From positions 1-64,000 of the forward strand of contig RBZT01000313.1 in assembly GCA_003693705.1 (NCBI GenBank): a DNA stretch of 64,000 bases. The letters run 5' to 3'. Under the pieces are notes generated by a model that saw nothing but the letters and a program-made list of their open reading frames with translations, ran no database searches and was not told where the DNA came from. A program made the translations under genes and the position numbers. Below are positions 25,658-36,613 of this stretch, in pieces. The stretch is from Polymyxa betae A26-41 (lineage: Eukaryota > Protista > Endomyxa: Phytomyxea). Every line of letters begins with the position of its first letter. The first letter of the stretch is position 1.

Positions 25658-28655
25658 ATGACTTCATCGGCCTTGGCCTTCACCAGTAGCGAGATGAATC
25701 AGGACCAGGCTCATAACATCTGGAACTGTCTTCGTAAAGGTCTTGTTCAAATTCAGAGTGGCAATGCCTCTAGCCTTCGATATGAAGAACTATATCGTAA
25801 TGCCTATACGCTTGTCTTGCATAAGCATGGTGCTCTGCTTCATGATGGTGTCATCAAAACCATTCAAGAAAAATTAGGTTTGGTTTTAGTTCATGCCATG
25901 TCTTGGATATAGATCGACTTGTATTAGATACTATTGCTGAAGCCAGAATTGATTCAGCTTCTGATGAGCAGCTAGTCTGTGTTCTTGTCGCTGAATGGGA
26001 CAATCATAAGCTGGTATCGGCAACCTGTTTTCTACAACATCACCTTGCCAGTTTGTCTTTGTCATATGATTTCGGCAACTTTGATGAGACTTTTACATGT
26101 TTTTTGTTTCAAACATCTCTCTGTGAACATCATTATGGCAAGATGATTGGGACAAGTCTGGCCGATATTCAGCGCGACTGGTTTTAAGATTTTTTTTTAT
26201 CATTTTCAGTTCTATTGCGATTGTATTGAAAGAACTATCTAGACGATGACCATGATTCGTGATGTGCTTATGTATATGGACAAGACATTTTGTGAACGTG
26301 AAGGTCGTCCATTAATATTTCAGACAGGTGTGCGTCTTTTCTCACAAACTATTATCAAAAGACCCAGCTGTCAATCTCGATTACAGTCTATATTGCTTCG
26401 ATATATTCACTGTGAACGGCATAACGAATCAATTGATCAATCTTTGGTGAAACATTGCTTATCGATGTTGGTTGAATGTGGAACTGGATGTTCTAGTAAG
26501 AAGGATGAAAAGGAAGAACTTTATGCTCAGCTATTTGAGAAAGCGTTTTTAGGTAGGTGCACATTTACTTTACGCTCGTTTGCTAATTGTCATGCTTTTA
26601 GATGATACACGACAATTCTATCGCCAGGAATCTGCCGAATTTATATCGCAGAACAGTGTCCCCGATTATCTTCGCAAGATTGAGCAGCGCTTGAACGAAG
26701 TATGTTATAAGTCCTAGAGGGCCAGTATACGATTTGGCCGCTAATTCAGGATGTAGGAAGATGCCCGCGCCGACCATTACCTGTACAGCGAGACGAAACC
26801 TCGGTTAAGGGCGGTTTGTCATGAAGAGCTCGTTGCCCAATATGCTCAACAACTTGTTGAGAACCCAAATTCTGGCTGTCAGGTGATGTTCCAGCATAAT
26901 CAAATTAACAGTAGCTCAGTGCTATATGACATCACATCATGATAATAGTTTTTGGACAGATTTGCATCGAATGTACACTCTTTTTAAACGATGTCCGGAT
27001 ACGTTAACGTATATCTTGGATGCAATGAAATCGGTTGTGAGATTATCAGGGGAGCTATTAGTTCATGATCAGGAAAACAGCAGAGTAATTTACAATCATG
27101 TTTATCATCGCTTTCTCAATATTGTTTAGGATCCACATCGATTTGTGCAGGCGTGTCTCGATCTCAGAAGCAAATTCTTCACCATCGTTCACCAGTCCTT
27201 CGAGGGGGATCGTAATTTTGCCAAATGCCTTAAGGAAGCGTTCGAGCATTTCATCAATCTAGGTCTGAAGATCGGTATTGTTTTTGACGTTAATCTTACT
27301 TGACCGTTGTCCAGACTCTCGGGCAGCACAATATTTAGCGTCTTATACAGACCATATGTTGAAGAAAGGTCTTCGTGGCTGTAATGAAGAGGAGATTGAG
27401 TCCAAGCTTGAGCAGATCATCACCATCTTCCGGTTAGCCTCAAAATCTCATTCTAGTTTTTATTAATCATATTTCATAGTTACATCCTGGATAAAGACGT
27501 TTTCGAAGAATTCTACAAGGTTCACTTATCTGCTCGATTACTTGCTAATGCTCACATATCCGATGATGTTGAGAAGTCTATGATCGCCAAGTAATTCAGG
27601 TTATACATTTTTGCTAATCAGAGATGGTAATTGTTGCAGGCTGAAAGCTGAATGTGGTCATCAATTCACATCGAAGCTCGAAGGGATGTTTAAAAACATT
27701 GAATTGTCAAATGAGCTGAATCAAGGATTCCAACAGTTAGCTACAATTCCACATACATATAAGCAAATTTCTGTCAATGTTTTAACCTCGGTACAATTAT
27801 TTCATTCAATCGGTATCTTCCAACTCAGACAAATGCAGGGCTTTTGGCCGTTTTCCGAATCACCGAAATGCCATCTGCCGGCATGTCTCGAGGCCTCCTG
27901 CGAGTTCTTCTCAGCCTACTACAAATCTAAGCACGCTGGTCACAAGATCTTCTGGCAGACATCATTGGGATCAGCCGAACTCAACGTCAGGTTCAAACCC
28001 GGCCGAAAAGAGCTCATCGTGCACACTTATCAGATGTGCATTCTGATGCTGTTTAACGACGCAGACAGCATCACGTTTGCAGAGATTCAAAACTTGACTG
28101 GAATACCATCGAATGAAATTCAGCGCCACCTCCTTTCATTAGCTCATCCTAAGGTATGATGTCTCTTCAAAATCGATAGCATCGGGTTTAACCACGAGTA
28201 ATCTCCAGGTCCGGATATTACTCAAAAACCCTAATACGAAGCAGATTGCATCCGATCACGTGTTCACTTTTAACAAAATGTACACATCAAATCTGTTCAG
28301 GGTGAAAGTACCACTGTTGCAGGCCAGCTCAGGTGACAATAAGAACTCAGAACCGGGTTCTGATAAGGAAATCACCAAAGCCATCAATGAAGCGCGAAAT
28401 AATCGCATCGATGCCGCCATTGTTCGGATTCTGAAGGTTAGAAGGGCATCTTCAGTAGCCGCCGTAATTTTAATCAATATGCAGGCTCGGCGAACTATTG
28501 AGCATAGTCTGTTGGTGGCTGAAGTCTCAAAACAGTTACAAACTCGGTTCAGTGCAGAGCCAATTGCAATCAAAAGACGAATCGAATCATTAATCGAGAG
28601 GGACTATCTAGAACGTGACAAAGACGATCGACGATTGTACCACTATCTGGCATGA
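25658..28655 (+). CDS. CUL3: Cullin-3
   Basis: [51 protein letters not shown]|[19 protein letters not shown]. Confidence 0.95.
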
Positions 28656-28913
28656 TTTTTTTATTATTTGATGAGTTTAAATTATACTTTTAGAGATCGC
28701 CCATTATAGTTTGGATATCATACGTTTATCGTAGTCAAATAGAAATAGGCAGATTACCTGTTCAAAGTCTTCGGTCAAGAGAAAATGCCAAAAATTCTCG
28801 AAAGTGACTTCTGCGCTTCGGACTTCGTCGGATACCTCGATGATGGTTCCAATGAAATGCCTGCAGAAATTATTGAAATTTCAACAACATCAACTTCGAA
28901 TGCTGAGTAGATA

Positions 28914-31900
28914 ATGGAGGATTTGATTAGTGATGAACTTCGTGCAGAATTAGGTGACAATGTCTCTATTCTGCCGGCGAAACGTGCTCGAGCCAAATCA
29001 CAACCCGGGCCAGTACGTCCAGCTCCCAAGCCGTTGTCGGCAAGCGCACAGAAAAAATTGGCGAAAATACAGAAGAAAGCCGATAAAGCTGCTCGTGCTA
29101 AACGCCTAGAATCTATCCAATCACGTTCGTTATCAGAAATAGATGTTCGTCTGATGCAATCATCAGGACGGGTTGGACAAAGAGATTCACGAAGACAGAT
29201 GGCTAAACGTGATCTCTGTATGGCGAGATCTGGACTAAAATCTTTATCAGCAGATGGGCGACATCTGGTTGAAGTGGACATGGATCGTATTGATGGTGAT
29301 ATGAGTATGGATGATAGAAAGGAACCCCTAACTACATCTAACAATAATGTAACCTCCATCAGTAACAATACCAACACACATATCATCTCAACACCATCTT
29401 GTACTATTACTCCAATATCATCCATATCGCAGGCAGCTCCAATTCCTGTCATACACGTCTCTCAGCGTCCCAAACGACGTCGTCGTGTGTTAATAGACGT
29501 GACACAATCGGGTGTGGTGCCAGCATCACTACCTTCATCTATAGTTGAAGTTAGTGATCATGTACCTGAATCATTATCACATGATATCAATATCAATCAT
29601 GAATCCAATCCACCGTCTTCCAATCAGCTTACTCCATCGTCTTCCTCCAACATCACCACACCCCATGCTAAGACCACTACATCAGCAATCCCAAACCCAA
29701 ATCGATTTGTGGTTATAGAACGTCCTGAATGTATTGAATCACAACGGCGTCAACTGCCTGTATATATGGAAGAACAGAAGATTATGGAGGCTATAACAGA
29801 TCATGATATCATTTTATTATGCGGTGCAACTGGTTCGGGGAAAACCACTCAGATTCCACAGTTTCTATACGAGGGCGGATATGGATCTTTACCAGATCGT
29901 AATGGTGGCATTGGTATTACTCAGCCACGACGTGTAGCAGCTGTTGCTATGGCAGATCGTGTTAGGACTGAGATGGGTAATCATAGACATCGTGTTGCAT
30001 ATCAAATACGTTATGATGGACATCAAGTTAATCAAGATACTGCTATCAAGTTCATGACAGATGGGATACTTCTAAGAGAGATTCAGGCAGATTTCCTTCT
30101 AACTTCATATTCTGTTATTATCATTGATGAAGCTCATGAACGTAGTCTTAATACCGATGTCCTTATTGGATTATTATCCCGAATTGTTCCATTACGTCGT
30201 CGTACATTGCCAAAGTCACCTCTGAAGCTGATTATCATGTCGGCAACACTTCGTGTGCAGGATTTCGCTGATAATGGGAATTTATTCCCTGAAGGTGCTC
30301 CTCCTATTGTAGAAGTAGCTGGACGTCAACATCCAGTTACTATTCATTTCAGCAAGAAGACATCGCCTGATTATATCACTACTACTATTGATAAGATCAC
30401 ACAGATACATCGCCAATTACCTCATGGTGGTATTCTAGCATTTGTACCTGGTAAACATGATATTGATGTTATTATCAACAAGTTGCAACAACGCCTTCCA
30501 ACCCAAAATCACACAGCTAACCATGAAAATGATCTGGATCGTGATCGATTCTGGAATGGCGGACATGATCTGATTGATGCAGATGATGACCTATTTGATG
30601 ATCGTCGTGCTGATGATGACGATGATTATAATGAGGATAAGGACGCATTATCAGATCTCGAATGGAATGGTGAAGATACTCCTATTATATCTAATCGTCC
30701 TTGTGTTATTGTTCCATTACATGCCCTATTATCACCTTCAGATCAAGTTCGTGCATTTGAACCTCTTCCAACCCCTGAACATCGTCTCATTGTCGTGGCC
30801 ACAAATGTTGCTGAGACATCATTAACATTACCAGATATCAAATATGTAGTTGATTGTGGCAGAGAAAAACGTCGAGTATATGATCCTAACACGGGTCTCT
30901 CAGCGCTCACTGTCAGTTTTATCTCACGACCATCTGCAGATCAACGTGCAGGTCGTGCTGGACGTACTGGTCCGGGACATGTATACCGGCTATTCAGTAA
31001 TGCCGTTTATGATAATGAATTGGATGAAGCTGGTGCTGTTGAGATTGAACAATGTCCAATTGATGCTACTGTATTAGCTTTAAAGGCAATGTCTATTGAT
31101 GATGTCAGCAAATTTCCATTCCCAACTCCACCTCCATCTGCTGCATTACAGGCAGCATTGACATTATTAACTCGACTTGGAGCTCTGGAATCCAAATCGC
31201 CTCATGCTATTACTGGTATTGGAAGAATGATGGCATCATTACCTTTATCACCAAGATATGGAAGAATGATGGCTGTTTCTACACAAGATGGTTGTCGTCC
31301 ATATGTTATTGCTATTGTGTCATTAATGTCAATCGAAGAAATCTTTGTCAATGACAGGTCTGATCAGGGCCAACAAGTATCGTATCGTCAAGTACGTCAG
31401 AAATGGTCGGATCCAAATTCCGATGTGTTGGGCGCTCTGGCCCTCGTGCTGGCCCATGGGTTCGCTCATGATCCGGCTGCTTTCTGTCGCGAAAATTATC
31501 TACGACCGAGGGCCATTTTTGAGATCGGTCGTCTACGTCGTCAACTGCATAAACAGCTGGGCCTGGGTGCAGTTCCGGTCCTGGGACCACCCAGCCCAGA
31601 CCAACGCGCTCTGCTTTGTCAAATGATCGGGGCCGGGTTCTGCGATCAAATCGCACGACGTCATCCGTCAGTTCCTGGTGCCTTCGAATGCATCGGGGTC
31701 TCAGATCCTGTTTATATCCATCCTGATTCGGATATGGTTCGATGTGACCCACCACCCGATTTAGTCGCTTATCGCGATCTGCTACATTCCACTTCAGGCC
31801 AAATTCGTATTCGTGGTCTCACCCGTCTCCAGTTTCGTCATTTATATCATCTATGTCCACAGCTATGTCAAGTTTCACCTCGACCACGTCCGGATCGTCC

Positions 31901-32300
31901 AGCACAATACAACGAAGATCAGGATCGTATATATTCCTGGTACACATGCACATATGGTCCTGGACGTTGGCCATTACCTGATGTATTACAACCACCGAAC
32001 TCGTTCAAGTATGAACGGGTCTGGTTCGTTCGTCTTCTTCTGCAAGGCGATTTGATTTCTTCCTGGAAGCAGCTCGGTCCATGGCTGGCCTATCGACCTT
32101 CTACTTTCACCGAGATCCAGGCCCAGACCCGGCCCGTCATGGAGTTTGTGAATCAGTTCATATCCGGGCTGACTTCGGTTTCAGCCCTTCGTCAGCGTTG
32201 GGCCCAGAATCCGTCGTTCCTGAAGTCGCACACTCGGGACCTAATCCAGAGATCATGCCGTGATCGACTTGACATCATATGGTCTCAATTAATAAAATGA
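28914..32300 (+). CDS. DHX37: DEAH-box RNA helicase DHX37/Dhr1 (small-subunit biogenesis); single exon
   Basis: GATGSGKTTQIPQFLYE, DEAH, MSATL, QRAGRAGR; Dhr1-type RQLPVYMEEQKIMEAI and DVLIGLLSRIV. Confidence 0.92.
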   Translation: MEDLISDELRAELGDNVSILPAKRARAKSQPGPVRPAPKPLSASAQKKLAKIQKKADKAARAKRLESIQSRSLSEIDVRLMQSSGRVGQRDSRRQMAKRDLCMARSGLKSLSADGRHLVEVDMDRIDGDMSMDDRKEPLTTSNNNVTSISNNTNTHIISTPSCTITPISSISQAAPIPVIHVSQRPKRRRRVLIDVTQSGVVPASLPSSIVEVSDHVPESLSHDININHESNPPSSNQLTPSSSSNITTPHAKTTTSAIPNPNRFVVIERPECIESQRRQLPVYMEEQKIMEAITDHDIILLCGATGSGKTTQIPQFLYEGGYGSLPDRNGGIGITQPRRVAAVAMADRVRTEMGNHRHRVAYQIRYDGHQVNQDTAIKFMTDGILLREIQADFLLTSYSVIIIDEAHERSLNTDVLIGLLSRIVPLRRRTLPKSPLKLIIMSATLRVQDFADNGNLFPEGAPPIVEVAGRQHPVTIHFSKKTSPDYITTTIDKITQIHRQLPHGGILAFVPGKHDIDVIINKLQQRLPTQNHTANHENDLDRDRFWNGGHDLIDADDDLFDDRRADDDDDYNEDKDALSDLEWNGEDTPIISNRPCVIVPLHALLSPSDQVRAFEPLPTPEHRLIVVATNVAETSLTLPDIKYVVDCGREKRRVYDPNTGLSALTVSFISRPSADQRAGRAGRTGPGHVYRLFSNAVYDNELDEAGAVEIEQCPIDATVLALKAMSIDDVSKFPFPTPPPSAALQAALTLLTRLGALESKSPHAITGIGRMMASLPLSPRYGRMMAVSTQDGCRPYVIAIVSLMSIEEIFVNDRSDQGQQVSYRQVRQKWSDPNSDVLGALALVLAHGFAHDPAAFCRENYLRPRAIFEIGRLRRQLHKQLGLGAVPVLGPPSPDQRALLCQMIGAGFCDQIARRHPSVPGAFECIGVSDPVYIHPDSDMVRCDPPPDLVAYRDLLHSTSGQIRIRGLTRLQFRHLYHLCPQLCQVSPRPRPDRPAQYNEDQDRIYSWYTCTYGPGRWPLPDVLQPPNSFKYERVWFVRLLLQGDLISSWKQLGPWLAYRPSTFTEIQAQTRPVMEFVNQFISGLTSVSALRQRWAQNPSFLKSHTRDLIQRSCRDRLDIIWSQLIK

Positions 32301-32612
32301 AGAGATGAAATCGCTGACTGACTGAGAATGGGCTGCTGCTCTCAATATTGTGACTGTATTTGTCTACTGACCAGTGTCCCTGTTACTATCACTTTCGTCT
32401 TTCTACTTTCTTACAATTGTGTTTTACGTTCCTTCTCTATATATGTTTCAATTGTCATAACTGCTCTATCAAGTGACAGATGCCTGATTGAAGCTCATAC
32501 CAGAAAGAATCTGAATAATAATTACTGTATTAGATATAGCGATCTGATGGGTTCACAAGTTGTGCTGTGTTGTGTTGCCGATTAGCAGGAATCATTCATG
32601 GCATGGGTAGCT

Positions 32613-33239
32613 CTAGAAGGCGCCTGGCTCTCCATCGGTTTTGTTTGTGTAAATCAGTTTTAATATGGGATCGTCAAGGTCTGAGCTGCCATGCTGCGAA
32701 TATGCTGGCATCTTAACTGGATCTTGAAATTTACTGAGTCGATATAACGACTGCATCAACCTCATTCTCGTATTAAGATCTAACTGCGAGATGGTCCTTT
32801 GAACTTCAGATAGATTGTTTTCGCCTTGATCGGCCTGCTGTTGGGCGCTCCATTGATCACGATGTTGTTCGAGAAAGCAGCTGACGATATGCCCGTGTAA
32901 GGTCTGGCCAGGGACATTACATGTAATAGCTAAATCACAGGTTGGACACTGTAATGTCTTCCTTACTGCATGATGTCCATCAGGGGAAGAAATATTCGCA
33001 GAATGTCCCCACATATTCGTTGCTGGCAGCATGGTGGGCGGTGCAGGAACCGGCAGCGATGACGTTAAAGCTGAAGTCGAATAGAAGTCGTAAGTGTTAG
33101 AGGTTGATTCGGTATCGAGATCCCAGGATAAGAAGCTCTCAATATCGTTGCTTGTAGACAGACCACCGAATACGGAGCTGCCATCATCGTCATGTAAGGT
33201 TGAGTTCGAGTTCGAATAAGGACAAAACGTGCTATTCAT
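32613..33239 (-). CDS. Protein with CxxC..H..C zinc finger and LNK-like C-terminal helical motifs
   Basis: 208-aa ATG-led ORF: S/D-rich N-terminus, CPTC..HGHIVSC, QRTISQLDLNTRMRLMQSLYRLSK, LDDPILKLIY. Confidence 0.7.
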   Translation of the reverse strand: MNSTFCPYSNSNSTLHDDDGSSVFGGLSTSNDIESFLSWDLDTESTSNTYDFYSTSALTSSLPVPAPPTMLPATNMWGHSANISSPDGHHAVRKTLQCPTCDLAITCNVPGQTLHGHIVSCFLEQHRDQWSAQQQADQGENNLSEVQRTISQLDLNTRMRLMQSLYRLSKFQDPVKMPAYSQHGSSDLDDPILKLIYTNKTDGEPGAF

Positions 33240-33471
33240 GAACGATGATGAAGAGATACGACCCTGCTAATCGAGCAACACAACCAATTGAATGAGCAAC
33301 GATCGGATCGTTCCGAGGTACGTTGAGATGGTGCAATGGCGACAACCAGGTTTATATGATTAAGATCGATTAAAGCGATGCCCTAATGGGAAGGGTCGTC
33401 GTCACTGAGTACCCCCGATCACATTGACTGCAACCTAACTCGGTAACTCCTGCAACAACTGCAACATTCAG

Positions 33472-36054
33472 TTAGTAATGCCATCCGGTCAGCTGAAGAC
33501 ATTGGCGGGCTTGCTGTCGACACAGGCGCTTCTCGTCGTCTAACGCCACAGTTAATACCTGCTTTATCGTTGGCTTATATGGGTAAATTTCTTCGGCAGC
33601 AAGATTCTTCACAATCAGGCATAACATTTGCAAAGCCTGCAGTCGAGTCTTGGTGGTGTTTCGTTTAACACTAATTAATGACAATAGCGGCTCAATAACA
33701 TTGCTAGCATGTCCTGATATGCACGAAGGCTCATTAACAATTAGTATGATTAACGAAGACAGTGAGTACTGAGCAGCAGAAGATGTTAATGAGCGCTCTA
33801 GAAGGGGTAATAGCTTCTGCGAATAATCCAAAAGAACTTGACGAGGAGCATAGGCAAGTAGTTGTGGGAGACAGTCCAAGCAGGAGTCAGTTTCTAACAA
33901 CATTGGAAGAATTGTGCACAACAATCGCTGCTTGTATAAAGGTAATATTTGCCATGACACAAGAGGCAATGTTTCATCGACCAGAATATGTAGCTTTGAT
34001 AAATGACATGGATATTTCAAATGATCGGTTGCGAGTTCAAAGCCGAAAGGATCTCCTCTCGAAGCCAAGGCTTTGGTTATCCATACCAGCAGAGATGACG
34101 TATCTGAAGAAGACCAGTCGAGTGAGCGATATGTAGGCAACTTGAAAAACTCTTCGATCGTCTGACGATTTTGGCATTTGTTCAAGATATCAGCAACAAT
34201 AAGACAAGCAGTTTTGTTTCCGCCTTGAGCAGATTCTACAGCCACTTTTAAAATGTCGCCTTCATCATCGAGTATAGTATCAGGACGTCGATTTAGAATA
34301 CAAATTGTCGTCAACACATCGTTGATATAATCGCTAGTCATGTACTTGTTACAAAGTTTTGATTGCTGATCTGGCGTGCACCGAGAGTAAATAGCCTGGA
34401 GTAGGCCGGCGTCGTCTTCGCCAGAAATGCTGAATCCCAGCTCAGATACCAAATCCCCAACATTATCATCACAGCATTGTTTTGCAATATTGCATAAAGC
34501 TTCCGTTAATGATTTGTTAATCAAACGACGTTCTCTTAGAAAGGGCAAAACAGTGCGAAGATATGTACTACTATGAATACACAGATATTCAAGGCGTTCA
34601 GGATAGTTGACGAAATCGGAAAACGTAGCTTGAACAACAGAATTGACATCATACAAAGAAACATGCTTCAGTATCTTGAAAGCATCTTTGACAGTGTCAG
34701 AAAATTGCTCAGATGACGAATGCTGGATTGTCAATGTGGTAAGTTTTGTTAAATTATCAAGCCTTGTTGGATCGAAGGAAACAACATTGACGCATTGCGA
34801 TAAAGACGAGATAACAGAGCGAAGAAGATCAGTTGGTGAAGAGGGATCGGCAACAGATAACAATGTGTCAATAATGGTGAACGATTTTGGCAGATCTGAT
34901 ATCGATTTATCTGCAGTTAGACCCTCTACGAATGTATCGCGAACAATCAGAGCCGACACCGTCTGTTCATTAGCGTCTTTCGAGGATATGATTCGCTGCA
35001 TCAGGATAGGCCAGATTAATTCATAACAAACATTGAATGAGTGCGATGATGATGAGCATAAAGCAGTCAATGCCTGAACATAAGCAGAGGAGCTTCGAAG
35101 AGGCACACTGCTCTGCAACCGTTTCGATATCAACGAAACAATTGGCTGCAGAAACTTTTCAGAGCAAATACGGATGTCATCTTGAGATGCATTTCCCCTA
35201 TAATACGAGTGCAATGTTGTTGATAACGCCTCGATAGACATCTCCAATATGGAAGGAGAAGATGATGGTTCAGCCCAGATTTCTATGAGACAGGAACTGA
35301 ACTCTGATAGATACGGTAGAGTATCTGCTAGAGGGAACAACTTCATACAATTACTCAGAGCCTGCAGTGACTGCATTTTTGCTTGATTCATTGATGAATG
35401 AAGCTTGTCGAGAAAAAATGGAACAGCGAGCTGAGCCATTTCATTTCGAGACGTGAGACATTCTAGGAGCCATGATCGTAGCTGATCACCATCACAAGAT
35501 GGGCCGTTGTACGTAATGGGGAAATACACAGAGCAGTGATCGAATACAGATTCGGCCTCGATCTTTGGGAGATCGCCTTTGATACGGGATAAAGTATCAG
35601 CAACGAGCCGAAATGAAGCTAATAGTGCTGGAGGATCGGTCTCGTCCTCCATTAATGATAGTAAAGCGGGTAGCAACGAAGGTTCAACTTCAGCCGGTAA
35701 AGCCGAACGTAATGATTTCAGGAACGACCGACGACGATCCGGTTCACATGATAGCAACGATAGGCCAACAGGAAGGGTTGGAAACGTTGCAAGCTCACAA
35801 ATCGCTTCGACAAGAGATGCTAATCCAGGCGATAAATGCTGACGAAACTGGAAGATGGATTGCAGAAATGACGCCAGATGGTAGCGAAGGGTGTCGGTGA
35901 CCGTCTCCCGATGCTCCAGGAGTGATTTCGATATAGCGTTGAAAGCTCGGTCTGCATCTGAACCAGCGATGAAAGGTGCAAGTTTAGGTATGAGTTGTAA
36001 TGGTGGTAATGATTCTGATATTATTCCGTCTATGGCAATGGCATGGCCTGACAT
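33472..36054 (-). CDS. MMS19: MMS19 (cytosolic Fe-S assembly targeting factor); single exon
   Basis: EDETDPPALL, SVYFPITY, YKQRLL and LDDEKRLCRQQA; HEAT-like throughout. Confidence 0.88.
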   Translation of the reverse strand: MSGHAIAIDGIISESLPPLQLIPKLAPFIAGSDADRAFNAISKSLLEHRETVTDTLRYHLASFLQSIFQFRQHLSPGLASLVEAICELATFPTLPVGLSLLSCEPDRRRSFLKSLRSALPAEVEPSLLPALLSLMEDETDPPALLASFRLVADTLSRIKGDLPKIEAESVFDHCSVYFPITYNGPSCDGDQLRSWLLECLTSRNEMAQLAVPFFLDKLHSSMNQAKMQSLQALSNCMKLFPLADTLPYLSEFSSCLIEIWAEPSSSPSILEMSIEALSTTLHSYYRGNASQDDIRICSEKFLQPIVSLISKRLQSSVPLRSSSAYVQALTALCSSSSHSFNVCYELIWPILMQRIISSKDANEQTVSALIVRDTFVEGLTADKSISDLPKSFTIIDTLLSVADPSSPTDLLRSVISSLSQCVNVVSFDPTRLDNLTKLTTLTIQHSSSEQFSDTVKDAFKILKHVSLYDVNSVVQATFSDFVNYPERLEYLCIHSSTYLRTVLPFLRERRLINKSLTEALCNIAKQCCDDNVGDLVSELGFSISGEDDAGLLQAIYSRCTPDQQSKLCNKYMTSDYINDVLTTICILNRRPDTILDDEGDILKVAVESAQGGNKTACLIVADILNKCQNRQTIEEFFKLPTYRSLDWSSSDTSSLLVWITKALASRGDPFGFELATDHLKYPCHLSKLHILVDETLPLVSWQILPLYKQRLLCTILPMLLETDSCLDCLPQLLAYAPRQVLLDYSQKLLPLLERSLTSSAAQYSLSSLIILIVNEPSCISGHASNVIEPLLSLISVKRNTTKTRLQALQMLCLIVKNLAAEEIYPYKPTIKQVLTVALDDEKRLCRQQARQCLQLTGWHY

Positions 36055-36613
36055 TGAATTAGGTAACGATATCAAACACAACTGGACACTTGACCCCAAA
36101 GTCAAAAAAGTTTGTAAAAGAAACGTCTTGGGTGCGCAGAATATTTCTTTCTTCCAGTATGGATAGTGGAAAGATGTATCAGCTCTTTACTGGCATAGCA
36201 CCATATATGCCAGTGCTGGTCTTGCCAATAAGTATCATGCAAGTACATATGTTGGTCCATACATTTCTGCATTGGCGTGGAAAATTTCTTTAACATCTAC
36301 TCCAGCTTTCACGAACATTTAAGCAGCATATTTCCATCCGCGAACTATGTATTAGCTTAGCTGAGACCCAACTAGACCATTTAAATTATCATGCTATCAA
36401 TATAAGCCTGGATATTGAAACTATCTGAAACCAATTGGCATTAAAGTCGTTCTTTGAGTAAGATGGAAAGTATTGATATACGATAGAGCACTAATATATG
36501 ATGCAGTCTCTGATTGTCCGTGACGGACTCCGCCCTTCTTCGTCTTCGTATTCTCTTTCCTAGCCGTTGTAAAGACCGGGTTCATCCTCCCGCGAGCAAC
36601 AAATTCAGCAAAA

